Source: a bacterium (GTDB lineage: Bacteria > Bdellovibrionota_C > UBA2361 > CALJRW01). Taken from it: a stretch of 64,000 nucleotides of DNA. Of the stretch, positions 37,225 to 46,915 are shown piece by piece (positions within the stretch are counted from its first letter, which is position 1; each line of letters opens with the position of its first letter). Below the pieces are notes generated by a model. The model had not been told where the DNA came from and ran no database searches. It saw nothing but the letters and a program-made list of their open reading frames with translations. The stretch lies in NCBI GenBank assembly GCA_031385045.1, contig JANNBC010000024.1:128001-192000 (forward strand), in the 5' to 3' direction. Both the position numbers and the translations under genes were made by a program.

Positions 37225-38353
37225 ATCCTTGTACCTTTACAGTTGTGGTCTCTTCGTTAAAACCATTTGGCACGGATTCTGTTACATCTGCTGAGATCCA
37301 AGCGCGCACACCGTTTGGCGCAATAACTCTAAGCCAAGCGTCTTGCTTCTGTTCTACAACAAGTCGTGAACCTCCAGCAAGCTCCATTAATGGCGAATGA
37401 TTCATTCCTGGGCCAGTGCGAAGATTCGCTTTATCAACAGCTACTTTGACAACAGGCATATCGGTATTTTCTTCGACAGGAGCAGATTGAACTATTTTTT
37501 TAGCTTCTGCCGGAGCAGTTTTTTTATCTTCACGGTTAACTGGTTTTAAACCTAAAACTTTGCGATTCTGATCATCTAGGATAGCAGCTAGTCTTTCCAC
37601 TTCAGTTTCTGCAAACATTAATTTTAGATTTAGTTTATCTATTTGTCCTTCAAATTTCTGTGTTAAGTCCGACTCAATAGTTTTGTATCCTTGATTTGCT
37701 ACCGTTAATTGGGAGATTTGATCAGCTTGAGATTTTGCTTGCTCGCTAAGTGTTTTAATTTGCTCTTCGGATTGATTGCTTAAGGAGATTTTCATTGATT
37801 CCAATTCCTTGGCAAAATCCGCCCGAATTTTGGCAATCTCTTGATCTTTATTTAGCAGTTCTTGATTTTTCTTAGCGATTGTTTGTTCTAAGTTAGTAAT
37901 ATCAGTTTTAACTTTATCAGCAATCGAATTATTCTCTGCTGTTTTAGTTGTAGCAATTGTTTCTGACTTCACTTCGGCAACAGCTGTCTTAGTAGTAGGT
38001 TTAATAGTCGGTTTAACAATAGCAACTTCTTCTTTCTTGTTCTCAACTGGCTTTAAGGTTTGTTGTGTCTCAATTTTAGCAGTTGGGGGAGTCGTGTTTA
38101 CAACTGCTAATTGTTTTTTCTCGATGACAACTGTTTTTTGACTAGCTGTCACTTCGGAATCTTTAATTTTTCCAGATAGAGAGCTTTCCAGAGCTTTTAG
38201 TCTAGCCTCAGCCTGATCTAACTCTTTAACATTTAAATTAAAATCGTAGGAAGCTTTGACAGTATTATTTCCATTAACAGCTGGAGTATCAGCGACAACA
38301 GTCATTGCTATTGCTAGTGAAGGAATTAAAGCCCATGATAATTTTTTCAACAC
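37172..38353 (-). CDS. Exported coiled-coil protein with C-terminal bacterial SH3 domain
   Basis: Signal peptide, long coiled coil, ANLRTGPG...WLRV..PNGVRAWI SH3b motif; GTG 38353 follows GGAGG (track start 38374). Confidence 0.8.
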   Translation of the reverse strand: MLKKLSWALIPSLAIAMTVVADTPAVNGNNTVKASYDFNLNVKELDQAEARLKALESSLSGKIKDSEVTASQKTVVIEKKQLAVVNTTPPTAKIETQQTLKPVENKKEEVAIVKPTIKPTTKTAVAEVKSETIATTKTAENNSIADKVKTDITNLEQTIAKKNQELLNKDQEIAKIRADFAKELESMKISLSNQSEEQIKTLSEQAKSQADQISQLTVANQGYKTIESDLTQKFEGQIDKLNLKLMFAETEVERLAAILDDQNRKVLGLKPVNREDKKTAPAEAKKIVQSAPVEENTDMPVVKVAVDKANLRTGPGMNHSPLMELAGGSRLVVEQKQDAWLRVIAPNGVRAWISADVTESVPNGFNEETTTVKVQGYDHEVEARALKLIKGNS

Positions 38354-38383
38354 AAAACCTCCAAATAAAGTCAAGACGACGTA

Positions 38384-38890
38384 TTAATCGGGTTGACTAC
38401 TTCTAAGACGGGCATCTCTTTCACGCTCCAACATGTCTTTAATTTCATATGGAGCATCGATTCCATATAATAAGACCTCGTTATCTGCCGAAGCTGCTGT
38501 GCCAATCTCGATTGATCCTACATCTAACATTCTTTCAATGATTGTTTGATTGATATCAATCCCCCTTATATCTTCATATCGGACACGATTGACTGATTGC
38601 TTCATAGAAAGTCGTCCCGAACAAGATTCAATTCCACGATTGTCTACTCGGTAGATGACATTATAAATCTTAAAGATGCATGAAAATAAATAAGAAATTG
38701 GAATAAGCCATAAAACAGGGAATGCAAGGTAAACCTGATAGCCAGCAAAGCTAAATAAGTAGCCATGGAGGGTTAAAAAGGTAAATTTATTAGATAAAAC
38801 TATGCAACCTACTGATAATATTAGGAATACTGCTATGCGCGTAACCTCTGAGCGCCAAACTTTATGTATAATGACCTCTGATTTAATCAT
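38384..38890 (-). CDS. Membrane protein with bacterial PH (bPH_2) domain
   Basis: Two TM helices then YRVDNRGI...G.L...VRYEDIRGIDINQTIIERMLDVGSIEIGTA. Confidence 0.75.
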   Translation of the reverse strand: MIKSEVIIHKVWRSEVTRIAVFLILSVGCIVLSNKFTFLTLHGYLFSFAGYQVYLAFPVLWLIPISYLFSCIFKIYNVIYRVDNRGIESCSGRLSMKQSVNRVRYEDIRGIDINQTIIERMLDVGSIEIGTAASADNEVLLYGIDAPYEIKDMLERERDARLRSSQPD

Positions 38891-38895
38891 CTTTA

Positions 38896-39150
38896 TTAAC
38901 GAAACATTGCTTCCAGGTCTTTTAAGGAGGAAGTGCCTTTGGAGCCATTTTTAGTCCCAGTCTCCTCTTGGGTGGGCTGAGTGTCTTCCATTTTTGGTAT
39001 GAAATTAGGTTTTTTACCTTCTTTTACTAATTCTAGCTTTCCACCAGAAAGTCTAAGAATAGTAAAGGCAATTACCATTAAAATGATGGTAGTTAAGTGG
39101 AGCTTATTGGTAAAAGGGCTAATAATATTTTTTGTGCTAATTAAGGCCAT
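38896..39150 (-). CDS. Small membrane-anchored hypothetical protein
   Basis: 84 aa, one hydrophobic helix, co-oriented in the operon. Confidence 0.6.
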   Translation of the reverse strand: MALISTKNIISPFTNKLHLTTIILMVIAFTILRLSGGKLELVKEGKKPNFIPKMEDTQPTQEETGTKNGSKGTSSLKDLEAMFR

Positions 39151-39281
39151 AAATTAAATTTAATTATAAGGGGTTTTGATACTTATTTAGTCTTTCAAAG
39201 CCACCTTATCTAGAATAGCCTGACTTTTATTAAAATTCAATTAACTCTTCCTATTGGGTTAAATTTAACCATATAGATGGT

Positions 39282-39611
39282 TTATTTGTCCTGTTTTACA
39301 TCTTGAGGTGCTTCATATTTCCAGCGTCCCTGACGAATTTCCACAACTTCTTCATGGGCCGGACGGTAATAGGTTCCTTCTGGGTCTAATCCTGGTGGGA
39401 CTTTGACCACATCAATGATTGGAGGTTCCCAGACATATTCTACCGCACCCGGATCTTTGATCGTAATTGTTTCTACTTTTTCTTTCTCTACAAACACAGC
39501 TTCTGTGGTGTGCTTGCTAGAGCAGGAAATAATCCCTGTCAGTAAAACGAGTAAACTTAAAAATGTTAATTTTTTCATAAGCTCAAAGTTATTAAATATC
39601 TTAGGATTCAT
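39282..39611 (-). CDS. Small lipoprotein in T4SS locus
   Basis: Lipobox IISC; C-terminal VPPGLDPEGTYYRPAHEE...GRW loosely TraV-like; overlaps traC end (alternative ATG 39578). Confidence 0.65.
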   Translation of the reverse strand: MNPKIFNNFELMKKLTFLSLLVLLTGIISCSSKHTTEAVFVEKEKVETITIKDPGAVEYVWEPPIIDVVKVPPGLDPEGTYYRPAHEEVVEIRQGRWKYEAPQDVKQDK

Positions 39612-42342
39612 CTTCTAGTCTTTGCCAAGTGCTAGTTCGATCCAGAACTTTTTCTTCTGGAACTTGAGCGGGCTCTGCTTCTTGAGTTTCAGCTTTAAAT
39701 TTTCCTCTGACTGATTTGGCGCCAAGCGGTGCCATCTTGATTGCTTGAAGGAAAGCTTGAACGTGATCGCCATTACAGCGTTTCACTAAGTCCGCATAGA
39801 ATTGATTATCATCCCCGTTGTTTGTGCTGGCCCAATAAAAGGATGCTTCTAGTGGAAGCACTAAGGCAGATTCCCCAATATCTGAAAGCAGATAAAATTG
39901 TGACTCCACGCCCATTACTGTTTTTAGTTGAGTAATCACGCTGGATTGTTGTTCCGATAAGTTGAATGCTTTCGCAGTTAGGTGGAATTTACTTGGATCT
40001 TGTTTTAAGAATATTTTATGAGCGGAGTTCTGAACAATTGCTTGTCCACCTTCTCCCACATAGAAATCTTCCGCTGACTGAGATGCTGCAATAACCATAC
40101 CCTTTCTTTTTCGGTATAATCTAAAAGCAGTTTCAATTGTTTTAGCAGAAGTCTTACCAATTAGATCGTGAGCCTCATCAAAGACTAGTAGTTTTCGGGT
40201 ATCTAATTCATTTGGATCGTTCATTACTTCATCGGCCCAAAGCATTGCTACTTTTAAGAAAACCCTTTGTAGATCAGGGTTACGACTGAGAGATTTTAAA
40301 TCAAATACAATTAGTCTTTCTGTCAGCTCTAGCGCCCCAGCACGATCAAAGAAATTTGAGTAAATACCATCGCCATAATAGTCACTGATTAGGATGGAAA
40401 CTCTTTGTCGTCGTAATGCTTCTTCTTCGTTTTCATCAACTTTTTTTGGTGCGCGTAAAACAGAAATTACATCACTTAAAATAAATTCTCGGCGACGAGC
40501 CCCGTTATAATAAATACGATGAGCTTCAATCAGGGAGTCACGGACAGCACTACGATCCATTCGATCTGGTTGAGTTGTGGCATCTGTCGCCATATCTAAA
40601 ATGACATCAACCGCCATATCAATTAAATCTTTATAATCCTCATTGGAGTTATCTCCTGGTGTTTTACCAAGCCGGGATAAGAAATTCATGGCTGGTGCTT
40701 TAGCGGGAGTTGCTTCGTATATTTTTCCACCAAAGATATGAGCTAATCTTTCAAATCCGCACGGTTGCCCAGTCATACCCTTATCAAAGATAAAGGCGAT
40801 TGGTGCTTTATCTACAATCTCGCCATCAAGTTTTTGAGAATAATGACCGCGCATTAATGTAATAATTAAGAAGCAAAGAAGGTATGATTTACCAGCTCCA
40901 GAGACCCCACTGATTAGCACGTTTGGCGCCATGTTAGAGTCATATAGATCGAAGCCAACTAGTTCTCGGTTCCAAAGACTTGGTAAAATAAAAAGCGGAT
41001 TTTTACTGCCGTGCCAGTTGCCCCAAATTGGAAATAATCTAACTGCGCGAGAGGATCTCATCATTGTTGTCCAGCCCTCACCATCTGTTGTTGGATCGTA
41101 ACAACCAGGTAGGGTGTTCATTAATACTCCCATATCCGAAATTAAATGAGTCATACCACGGGCACCATTTAGTTGTGGGAAAGCTGCCACTGCCTCAGAC
41201 CCAGCACGAATAACCTCATCGGCCGTTTCACAGAAAAATGTTTGGTGAACACCGACTCGGACAATTTGTGAAGTATTGCTGTAGAGTTCTTGGCGTGCAG
41301 CTCGAATGCTACCAATCTGAGTTTGAACTTTTTGGTTAGATCTTCCACCCATTGTCCGTAAGCGCAGACCCATAAATCCATCAATAGTGTCTAATCTTTT
41401 GATCTGTTCTTGAATCGAATCTTTGGAGAAGGTAACTGATAGCAAGTTTTCATATGGTGTTGATTGCAGAGGTGTAATCATTAATGGCAAACAGCGCTTC
41501 GGGGGCTTAACCATCGAAACAGTTCTAAAATAGCGACCATCTTTTTTTATAATTCCATCTTCCGGATGTTCAGCTGGAGTTTCGGAAATTTGATTGGCAA
41601 GTAAGTCAAAGGGATCGTATAAGGGCACTGGCACTGCTGTGTTTCTGCCATGACGAGACTTAGAACCTTTAGTGCTACGGCGGTTTAAGATTGGGTAAAG
41701 TAAGTCAATTAAATCTTGGGCATGAAGCATGCGCGGTGTCATGCCATTGTCTCTTAGCTTGACAACACTACCTTCAATTACTCCACGAAATTTAGAAGCA
41801 TAACCTTGATATTCCTTACGACGCATGGTTGCACTTACACCAACTTTACCTTTTAGTAATAGCTCAATAGTTCTTTGAATTTGTTGTCTCATTCCAATCG
41901 CTCTCCAAGGGGGATCGAAGCGAAAAGCGACAATTAATCTCTGATGTCGGGGTCGACGATGCAAGGCATGGTTTCTGGCCGCAGTGCGAATTGATTTAAC
42001 CCAACGACGAGCCATCCATCCGGCAACTCCAGAAGTTGGAAATGTTGTTAAGGAGGAGCGTAATAAATTTTCAACGTCAAAAGTAGTTGTCCAGATCATT
42101 TGCATGCTGATACTTGGTTCGAAAGAATCAACCATCTCTTGAATGCTATCTGAAATATGAAAGGCCTCTTGATCTGATACTGTTACCAAGATCTTGGGCA
42201 TTACTTCCCACATCGACCATAGTGAGGCATCGGAATTAATAAACAAGCCGTTATCCTCGTCATACTTAGAATAGGCTAGTAGCGAGTTAAAGAGCTCTTC
42301 GTCTTGGTACAGTCGCTTTCTGGTAATTCGGTTAATACTCAT
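39601..42342 (-). CDS. traC: VirB4/TraC-family T4SS ATPase
   Basis: Walker A GVSGAGKS, IFDKG, VFDL, Walker B LVFDEAH, RLYRKRKG...ASQS, IVQNSAHKIFLKQ. Confidence 0.9.
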   Translation of the reverse strand: MSINRITRKRLYQDEELFNSLLAYSKYDEDNGLFINSDASLWSMWEVMPKILVTVSDQEAFHISDSIQEMVDSFEPSISMQMIWTTTFDVENLLRSSLTTFPTSGVAGWMARRWVKSIRTAARNHALHRRPRHQRLIVAFRFDPPWRAIGMRQQIQRTIELLLKGKVGVSATMRRKEYQGYASKFRGVIEGSVVKLRDNGMTPRMLHAQDLIDLLYPILNRRSTKGSKSRHGRNTAVPVPLYDPFDLLANQISETPAEHPEDGIIKKDGRYFRTVSMVKPPKRCLPLMITPLQSTPYENLLSVTFSKDSIQEQIKRLDTIDGFMGLRLRTMGGRSNQKVQTQIGSIRAARQELYSNTSQIVRVGVHQTFFCETADEVIRAGSEAVAAFPQLNGARGMTHLISDMGVLMNTLPGCYDPTTDGEGWTTMMRSSRAVRLFPIWGNWHGSKNPLFILPSLWNRELVGFDLYDSNMAPNVLISGVSGAGKSYLLCFLIITLMRGHYSQKLDGEIVDKAPIAFIFDKGMTGQPCGFERLAHIFGGKIYEATPAKAPAMNFLSRLGKTPGDNSNEDYKDLIDMAVDVILDMATDATTQPDRMDRSAVRDSLIEAHRIYYNGARRREFILSDVISVLRAPKKVDENEEEALRRQRVSILISDYYGDGIYSNFFDRAGALELTERLIVFDLKSLSRNPDLQRVFLKVAMLWADEVMNDPNELDTRKLLVFDEAHDLIGKTSAKTIETAFRLYRKRKGMVIAASQSAEDFYVGEGGQAIVQNSAHKIFLKQDPSKFHLTAKAFNLSEQQSSVITQLKTVMGVESQFYLLSDIGESALVLPLEASFYWASTNNGDDNQFYADLVKRCNGDHVQAFLQAIKMAPLGAKSVRGKFKAETQEAEPAQVPEEKVLDRTSTWQRLEDES

Positions 42343-42345
42343 ATT

Positions 42346-42813
42346 TTACTTGGCAAATTGTGGTACTATTCGCTCTGCTGCTAATAACCGAACGTCTTTA
42401 TTAATAGTATCGATCATTACCTTAACATTATTTTCTTGTTCGATTAAGACCCTAAGTTCCTCAGCTGTTAATACTTTATTTACTGAATATTTTCGTTCCT
42501 CTAGGCTTGGAGCGCAATAAAAATGATATTTCAAGGAAGTTGCTAAGGCCTGACCAACTTCACAGAGACTTGTATCTGGCAAATCATAAAAGAATTTTTT
42601 GATAATAATTTTCCGACTAGGATTACTGGCAAACTCTGTATAACCGGGGGAAGAAGATCTAACTGAACGAACGGGATAAAATACTGGAGGACGCTTTGTC
42701 TGTGTCTCTGCTATTGAATATGGTCTCTCAGGTAATGGTTCAACAGTCTTAGCTGAAGTGCAAGCAAATATCCCTAGAGAAAAAATTAAAAAAACCAGTA
42801 ATTTTTTAAACAT
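42346..42813 (-). CDS. T4SS-associated lipoprotein, possible DotD/secretin-N0-like domain
   Basis: Lipobox IFAC; C-terminal ~75-aa alpha/beta segment; between traV-like and traC. Confidence 0.55.
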   Translation of the reverse strand: MFKKLLVFLIFSLGIFACTSAKTVEPLPERPYSIAETQTKRPPVFYPVRSVRSSSPGYTEFASNPSRKIIIKKFFYDLPDTSLCEVGQALATSLKYHFYCAPSLEERKYSVNKVLTAEELRVLIEQENNVKVMIDTINKDVRLLAAERIVPQFAK

Positions 42814-43241
42814 TACTTTCTAATATAAGGCAAATTAGATGTATTAGTATCACCACGATTTAATTGAGATTCAAGTTCAAAAGCATCTTGCAGATTCCAA
42901 CGATCGTCTAGAATTTTTATGTAATAATAATGCGCAGGAATTAAATCGCCATAAGAGTTTAAGTGATCCGGTACCCACATCAAGCGGACGACAGCGGGCT
43001 TCATTACAGGATTTACTGGTTCTGGTGGCATAGCAGCATTGTAACTTCCTACTTGCTCTAAGACCTCACGAGCCTCTTTTCCTTTGTTGCTCTCAGGATT
43101 CAGTGCGTTGTCGTTAGCGGAGCCTTTGAGTGCTATGTCAGATGGTGGTTCGTAAAAGGGATTGACTACTTTACCAATTGTGCCACAGGAGCAAAGCAAG
43201 CAGACAAAACTAAATAGTATAATTTTCAATTTCATAATCAT
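42813..43241 (-). CDS. traV: TraV-like (VirB7) outer-membrane lipoprotein
   Basis: Lipobox LCSC; P.VVRLMWVPDHLNSYGDLIPAHYYY...W matches the TraV C-terminal pattern; lies after traB. Confidence 0.75.
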   Translation of the reverse strand: MIMKLKIILFSFVCLLCSCGTIGKVVNPFYEPPSDIALKGSANDNALNPESNKGKEAREVLEQVGSYNAAMPPEPVNPVMKPAVVRLMWVPDHLNSYGDLIPAHYYYIKILDDRWNLQDAFELESQLNRGDTNTSNLPYIRK

Positions 43242-43345
43242 TTAACCGTTAACTTTCACCAAGTTAATTTTGTAACTTGGCCTAGTCTAAAACCTCAAAT
43301 CTAAGAAGATTTATATTATCTAAGAGAGGTTTGAATTTAAAATCA

Positions 43346-44488
43346 CTAATCTAATGATGCAAATGTTAGATTAGGGTCTTCCATTGATTCAAACAAGCCA
43401 TCAAGTTCAACATTCTGCGAAAAAACTGCTGTCGCACTACGACCTGAAAGTACTTTTACATGAGGCACCAGCATCTTAGAGCGTTCTTTAATATATCCAC
43501 TCCAGTTACTACCTGCCTGTTGCACACCCCTGCCAACTCCATATTCTAAAGCATCACCAGTAACTGCTTGGCTAAATCCACCCATTCCATTAGAATTAGT
43601 CGAGACTTGAGCACTGGAAATACCTTGACCCATTCCAGCTACAGTTCCAGCAATTAATTCTCCTGCTAGAACCTTACCAATTGGATCGATTAAAATACCT
43701 TCCATTCCTCGAATGCCATCTTCGCCTACGATCCAACCATCAACATCAACTACTTTACGAGATCCATCTGGATAGCGCATGCTCATTTTATTAAGTCTAA
43801 ATAGTGCTCTTTGATCAATTAAAGATCCAGTAGCTGCAGCTAAAAGTCTTGCTTCCCCTAATGGCAGTGTCACGCCATCTGGGCCGGTAACATCACTGTC
43901 TAATTGAAAAACAACAGGGAAGGGATCTCCTTCAATTGGAGCATTAACCCCAGCTAAAAGTTTTAAGCGTACAGAGTCACCAGCTGCAATAAAAGCAACC
44001 TTCTTGTCTACAGGCTTTACCGGTGGTGCTACAAGGGCAGCACTATCTTCTTCCCAAATTGATTCTAGTGTGTTGGCATCAAGATTCTCAGGAGTAACTG
44101 CTGCCGCGTTGTAGCCTTTGACAGCATCCGATGATTCTTCCAAGCCACGAACACGCTCAATAACTTTTGCTAAAATTTTAGCAGTTTGCTCTTCAGTTTC
44201 GGTTGTTCTTTCCAAGATCTTTTGTTTGTCGGTTTCTAATTCTTGAATTCGACGTTCTAATTCAGCTTTTTGAGTTAAGTTAAATTCTAATAATTCATTA
44301 CTTGCTTTGTCTGCAGTAGTTGCACCAGTTGTAGAATTGATATCAGCTACAGGTTTATTGCTATATCTTCGAGGTTTATTATCTGCAAACATTCCAATTA
44401 AAATAACCAATACTAATCCAGCAAGAAGTATTTGCCATTTGCGGTCATGTTTAACTAAATTTACAATATCATTAAGCTTCTGCTTCAT
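43346..44488 (-). CDS. traB: TraB/VirB10-like T4SS core protein
   Basis: N-terminal TM, coiled coil, FIAAGDSV...LLAGVNAP, RALFRL, GEDGIRGMEG, PHVKVLSGRSATAVF; ATG 44488 follows GGAGG. Confidence 0.85.
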   Translation of the reverse strand: MKQKLNDIVNLVKHDRKWQILLAGLVLVILIGMFADNKPRRYSNKPVADINSTTGATTADKASNELLEFNLTQKAELERRIQELETDKQKILERTTETEEQTAKILAKVIERVRGLEESSDAVKGYNAAAVTPENLDANTLESIWEEDSAALVAPPVKPVDKKVAFIAAGDSVRLKLLAGVNAPIEGDPFPVVFQLDSDVTGPDGVTLPLGEARLLAAATGSLIDQRALFRLNKMSMRYPDGSRKVVDVDGWIVGEDGIRGMEGILIDPIGKVLAGELIAGTVAGMGQGISSAQVSTNSNGMGGFSQAVTGDALEYGVGRGVQQAGSNWSGYIKERSKMLVPHVKVLSGRSATAVFSQNVELDGLFESMEDPNLTFASLD

Positions 44489-44721
44489 TATAACCTCCAA
44501 AACCCATTTTTTGCCTCATTTAAACTTAATTTTGGCAAATTAATTAGGAAATTCGCTCATTCCTAAAACCTATCGGTAATTTCTCTCAAATTGCTTCTAA
44601 CGATTCCAGTCAGAAACTTTCTTTGTCTGTTTATCGACTAAAAATTGATTTTATTTAGTCTAAAAAACAAATCACCGTTATTTAAAATCTGATACTAACG
44701 TAATATTTTCAATAACTTAAG

Positions 44722-45504
44722 CTATTGAGCTTTTGTAATAACATAAATCTTGGCTCGATGAGAGGCTGCAAGCTGTTGCTCGCTAGTCATCGGTGAAGGG
44801 GATAGTTCCCACCTTTCAGCCATAATCGCTTTTGTACCATCCACTCGGAATGTGGCAGGGTTAATTTGTTGGTTACTAGTTAATAAGTTTTCTACATTTA
44901 AGACATAACCCCAAAAATCTGCACCCATATAAATGCGATCGATGGTTGCCATCATTGTTCCGTCATTTAATATTACTTCACCGGCATGTTGATCACTAAT
45001 TCGGTATCCAGCAATTTTCTTTTTGCCAAATTCAACTGCTAAAACTAATTCTTTCATTAGACCACTAACCGAATTGTTTTGAGCTTCTGGAAATTGTTTG
45101 CGGTAGTATTCTGGCATTTCCTCTTCTTTAGGGATAATAGCAGCCATGCCTGCATTGTCATTAATTGAAATAATATCATCACGCGGATTACTTGGATCGG
45201 CGGGCTTAATTCGTAGTGAATATGATTGCTCGTTTTCTAAGGTTACAATCAGGGCTTCTCCATTTGTACTTAATTCTTCTGTTCCAAAAACAATCAGGCG
45301 TTGCTCTTTTTTATCTACGGTAAGTGGCGCTCCTGTTCTTTTGAATCCTGATTTAATTTCACTGGAAAAGTTAATCTGAGTTGGCTCTCCTGGTGTAACA
45401 TAGATAGTGACTTCAGTATTTTGATACTCAATTTCTCTAGCTACTGCTGTGCTAACAAAGATTAATAGAGATAGTAACGATAGAGTTGTATATTTGATGC
45501 TCAT
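44722..45504 (-). CDS. traK: TraK/VirB9-like T4SS protein
   Basis: Signal peptide, beta-rich N-domain (PGEPTQINF, SYSLRIKP), TraK-like C-domain; position in L-E-K-B order. Confidence 0.7.
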   Translation of the reverse strand: MSIKYTTLSLLSLLIFVSTAVAREIEYQNTEVTIYVTPGEPTQINFSSEIKSGFKRTGAPLTVDKKEQRLIVFGTEELSTNGEALIVTLENEQSYSLRIKPADPSNPRDDIISINDNAGMAAIIPKEEEMPEYYRKQFPEAQNNSVSGLMKELVLAVEFGKKKIAGYRISDQHAGEVILNDGTMMATIDRIYMGADFWGYVLNVENLLTSNQQINPATFRVDGTKAIMAERWELSPSPMTSEQQLAASHRAKIYVITKAQ

Positions 45505-45506
45505 AA

Positions 45507-46175
45507 TTACTTAATTTTTGATAATTCTAAATTGGTAACAACAATACCGTAGGGATTAAATTTATTCCTTGGCACTGTCGTTAAGTAGACGGTATGCTTG
45601 ATCTCTTGACCTTCATACTCACGTCCTGCGATAAATCTTACCTGTTCTCCAATAAATGTGACACTGACATTGTTTTGATCAATAGCCTGAAAAATAGTTT
45701 TCTCATTATTTGGAAAATATAATTGAGTCCTTTGGGTTTGAACAATCAAATTGAGTTCTGTATTCAACATGTCGGTTTCAAATCTACTAAGCATTGGTTC
45801 AACTAAATAGTTGGATGCTTCGTTAAATTGTCGGGCAGCGATTTTATACTGATACGTTGAAATTAGATTAACGAAATCATTGGCAACACTAATAAACTCA
45901 GTCTGTGGAATCTCTCCAGCAGGATAGTAGCCTGGTAGTGGTTTTGCAGGCACATTTAGGTTAATTTCTTGGTTAGAGTAGAAAAAAATTGCCGCAATAA
46001 TTGCAATCGAAGTTACTAAGATTTGTAATAAAGCAAGACCACGCCAGAGTAAGGCTTGCTCGCGGTAGTTCTCCCAAACTCTAACTGTATCATTCTCCGT
46101 CCGTGCTTCGCGAAATGACGTATCATCAATAATCTGTTTGACTTGTTTCTGAATTTTTTGCGATGGCTTATTCAT
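45507..46175 (-). CDS. traE: TraE/VirB8-like bitopic T4SS protein
   Basis: Single TM helix followed by periplasmic domain ending NPYGIVVT. Confidence 0.7.
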   Translation of the reverse strand: MNKPSQKIQKQVKQIIDDTSFREARTENDTVRVWENYREQALLWRGLALLQILVTSIAIIAAIFFYSNQEINLNVPAKPLPGYYPAGEIPQTEFISVANDFVNLISTYQYKIAARQFNEASNYLVEPMLSRFETDMLNTELNLIVQTQRTQLYFPNNEKTIFQAIDQNNVSVTFIGEQVRFIAGREYEGQEIKHTVYLTTVPRNKFNPYGIVVTNLELSKIK

Positions 46176-46569
46176 TAGAGTATTTCTCCTCGTAGATTAA
46201 ATCAAACATGGAATCTAAATCTAGATGGTGATAATCTTTTTTTTCATCAACCTTACGAATCGGCCCACCACTCCATAATGGTTGAATACTAGCAGGTTTA
46301 GGGATTCCAGGTGGGGGAAGCCCAAGTGCAATCATAAACTGATTTGCCACGCCTCTTGTGCCATCCGGAAATTGCTTTCTTAGAGCTGCCATTCCAAAAG
46401 TTATTCCGCATAAGGTGCAAATAAAGATTGGAGTCCCACCTACAGGGCTAATTTGAAAAGCACTACCAATTAACATGGTCATGATAAATCCAGCGATCCA
46501 TTCAGTGACGTTAGCCCCTACAAATGTCCAGCCTTCATTTAAGCCATTAATAACTTCCCCGTTATCCAT
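46168..46569 (-). CDS. Small two-TM protein in the TraL/VirB3 position
   Basis: Two hydrophobic helices, coupled to traE; assignment mainly positional. Confidence 0.55.
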   Translation of the reverse strand: MDNGEVINGLNEGWTFVGANVTEWIAGFIMTMLIGSAFQISPVGGTPIFICTLCGITFGMAALRKQFPDGTRGVANQFMIALGLPPPGIPKPASIQPLWSGGPIRKVDEKKDYHHLDLDSMFDLIYEEKYSNE

Positions 46570-46573
46570 GAAT

Positions 46574-46915
46574 TTACTTTAAATTATCAAAAATTTTAAT
46601 ATCAGGGTCGTTCATCACCCCTTCTTTGGAGATACGTGGTTGAGGACTAATAACAACAGTAAGATCGTCAGCAAGTTGGCCAAGTTTGATTCGCCATTGC
46701 TCTTGATCCAAAAGTGTTTCAGCACTGGCTGTACTGGAGCCTCGATCAAACTCTTTTAGTGCCATCATTAATAATTGACGAGCGCGGGAATAATGGCCAA
46801 CGGCTTTGGACAAGGTTGCTCCTTCAGCGACTTGAATACCTTCGGTTTCAGGTTCTGCAAAGACAGGAGGTGCAACTAGGAATAATGAGAGTAAAACCAG
46901 ATAAAACTTATTCAT
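46574..46915 (-). CDS. Exported hypothetical protein, first gene of the T4SS operon
   Basis: Signal peptide ending VFA; helical mature region. Confidence 0.7.
   Translation of the reverse strand: MNKFYLVLLSLFLVAPPVFAEPETEGIQVAEGATLSKAVGHYSRARQLLMMALKEFDRGSSTASAETLLDQEQWRIKLGQLADDLTVVISPQPRISKEGVMNDPDIKIFDNLK

Noticed and set aside
35410..46915. Complete conjugative element or ICE
   Set aside because: No relaxase, coupling protein, integrase, att site or mating-pair stabilisation genes recognisable in the window.
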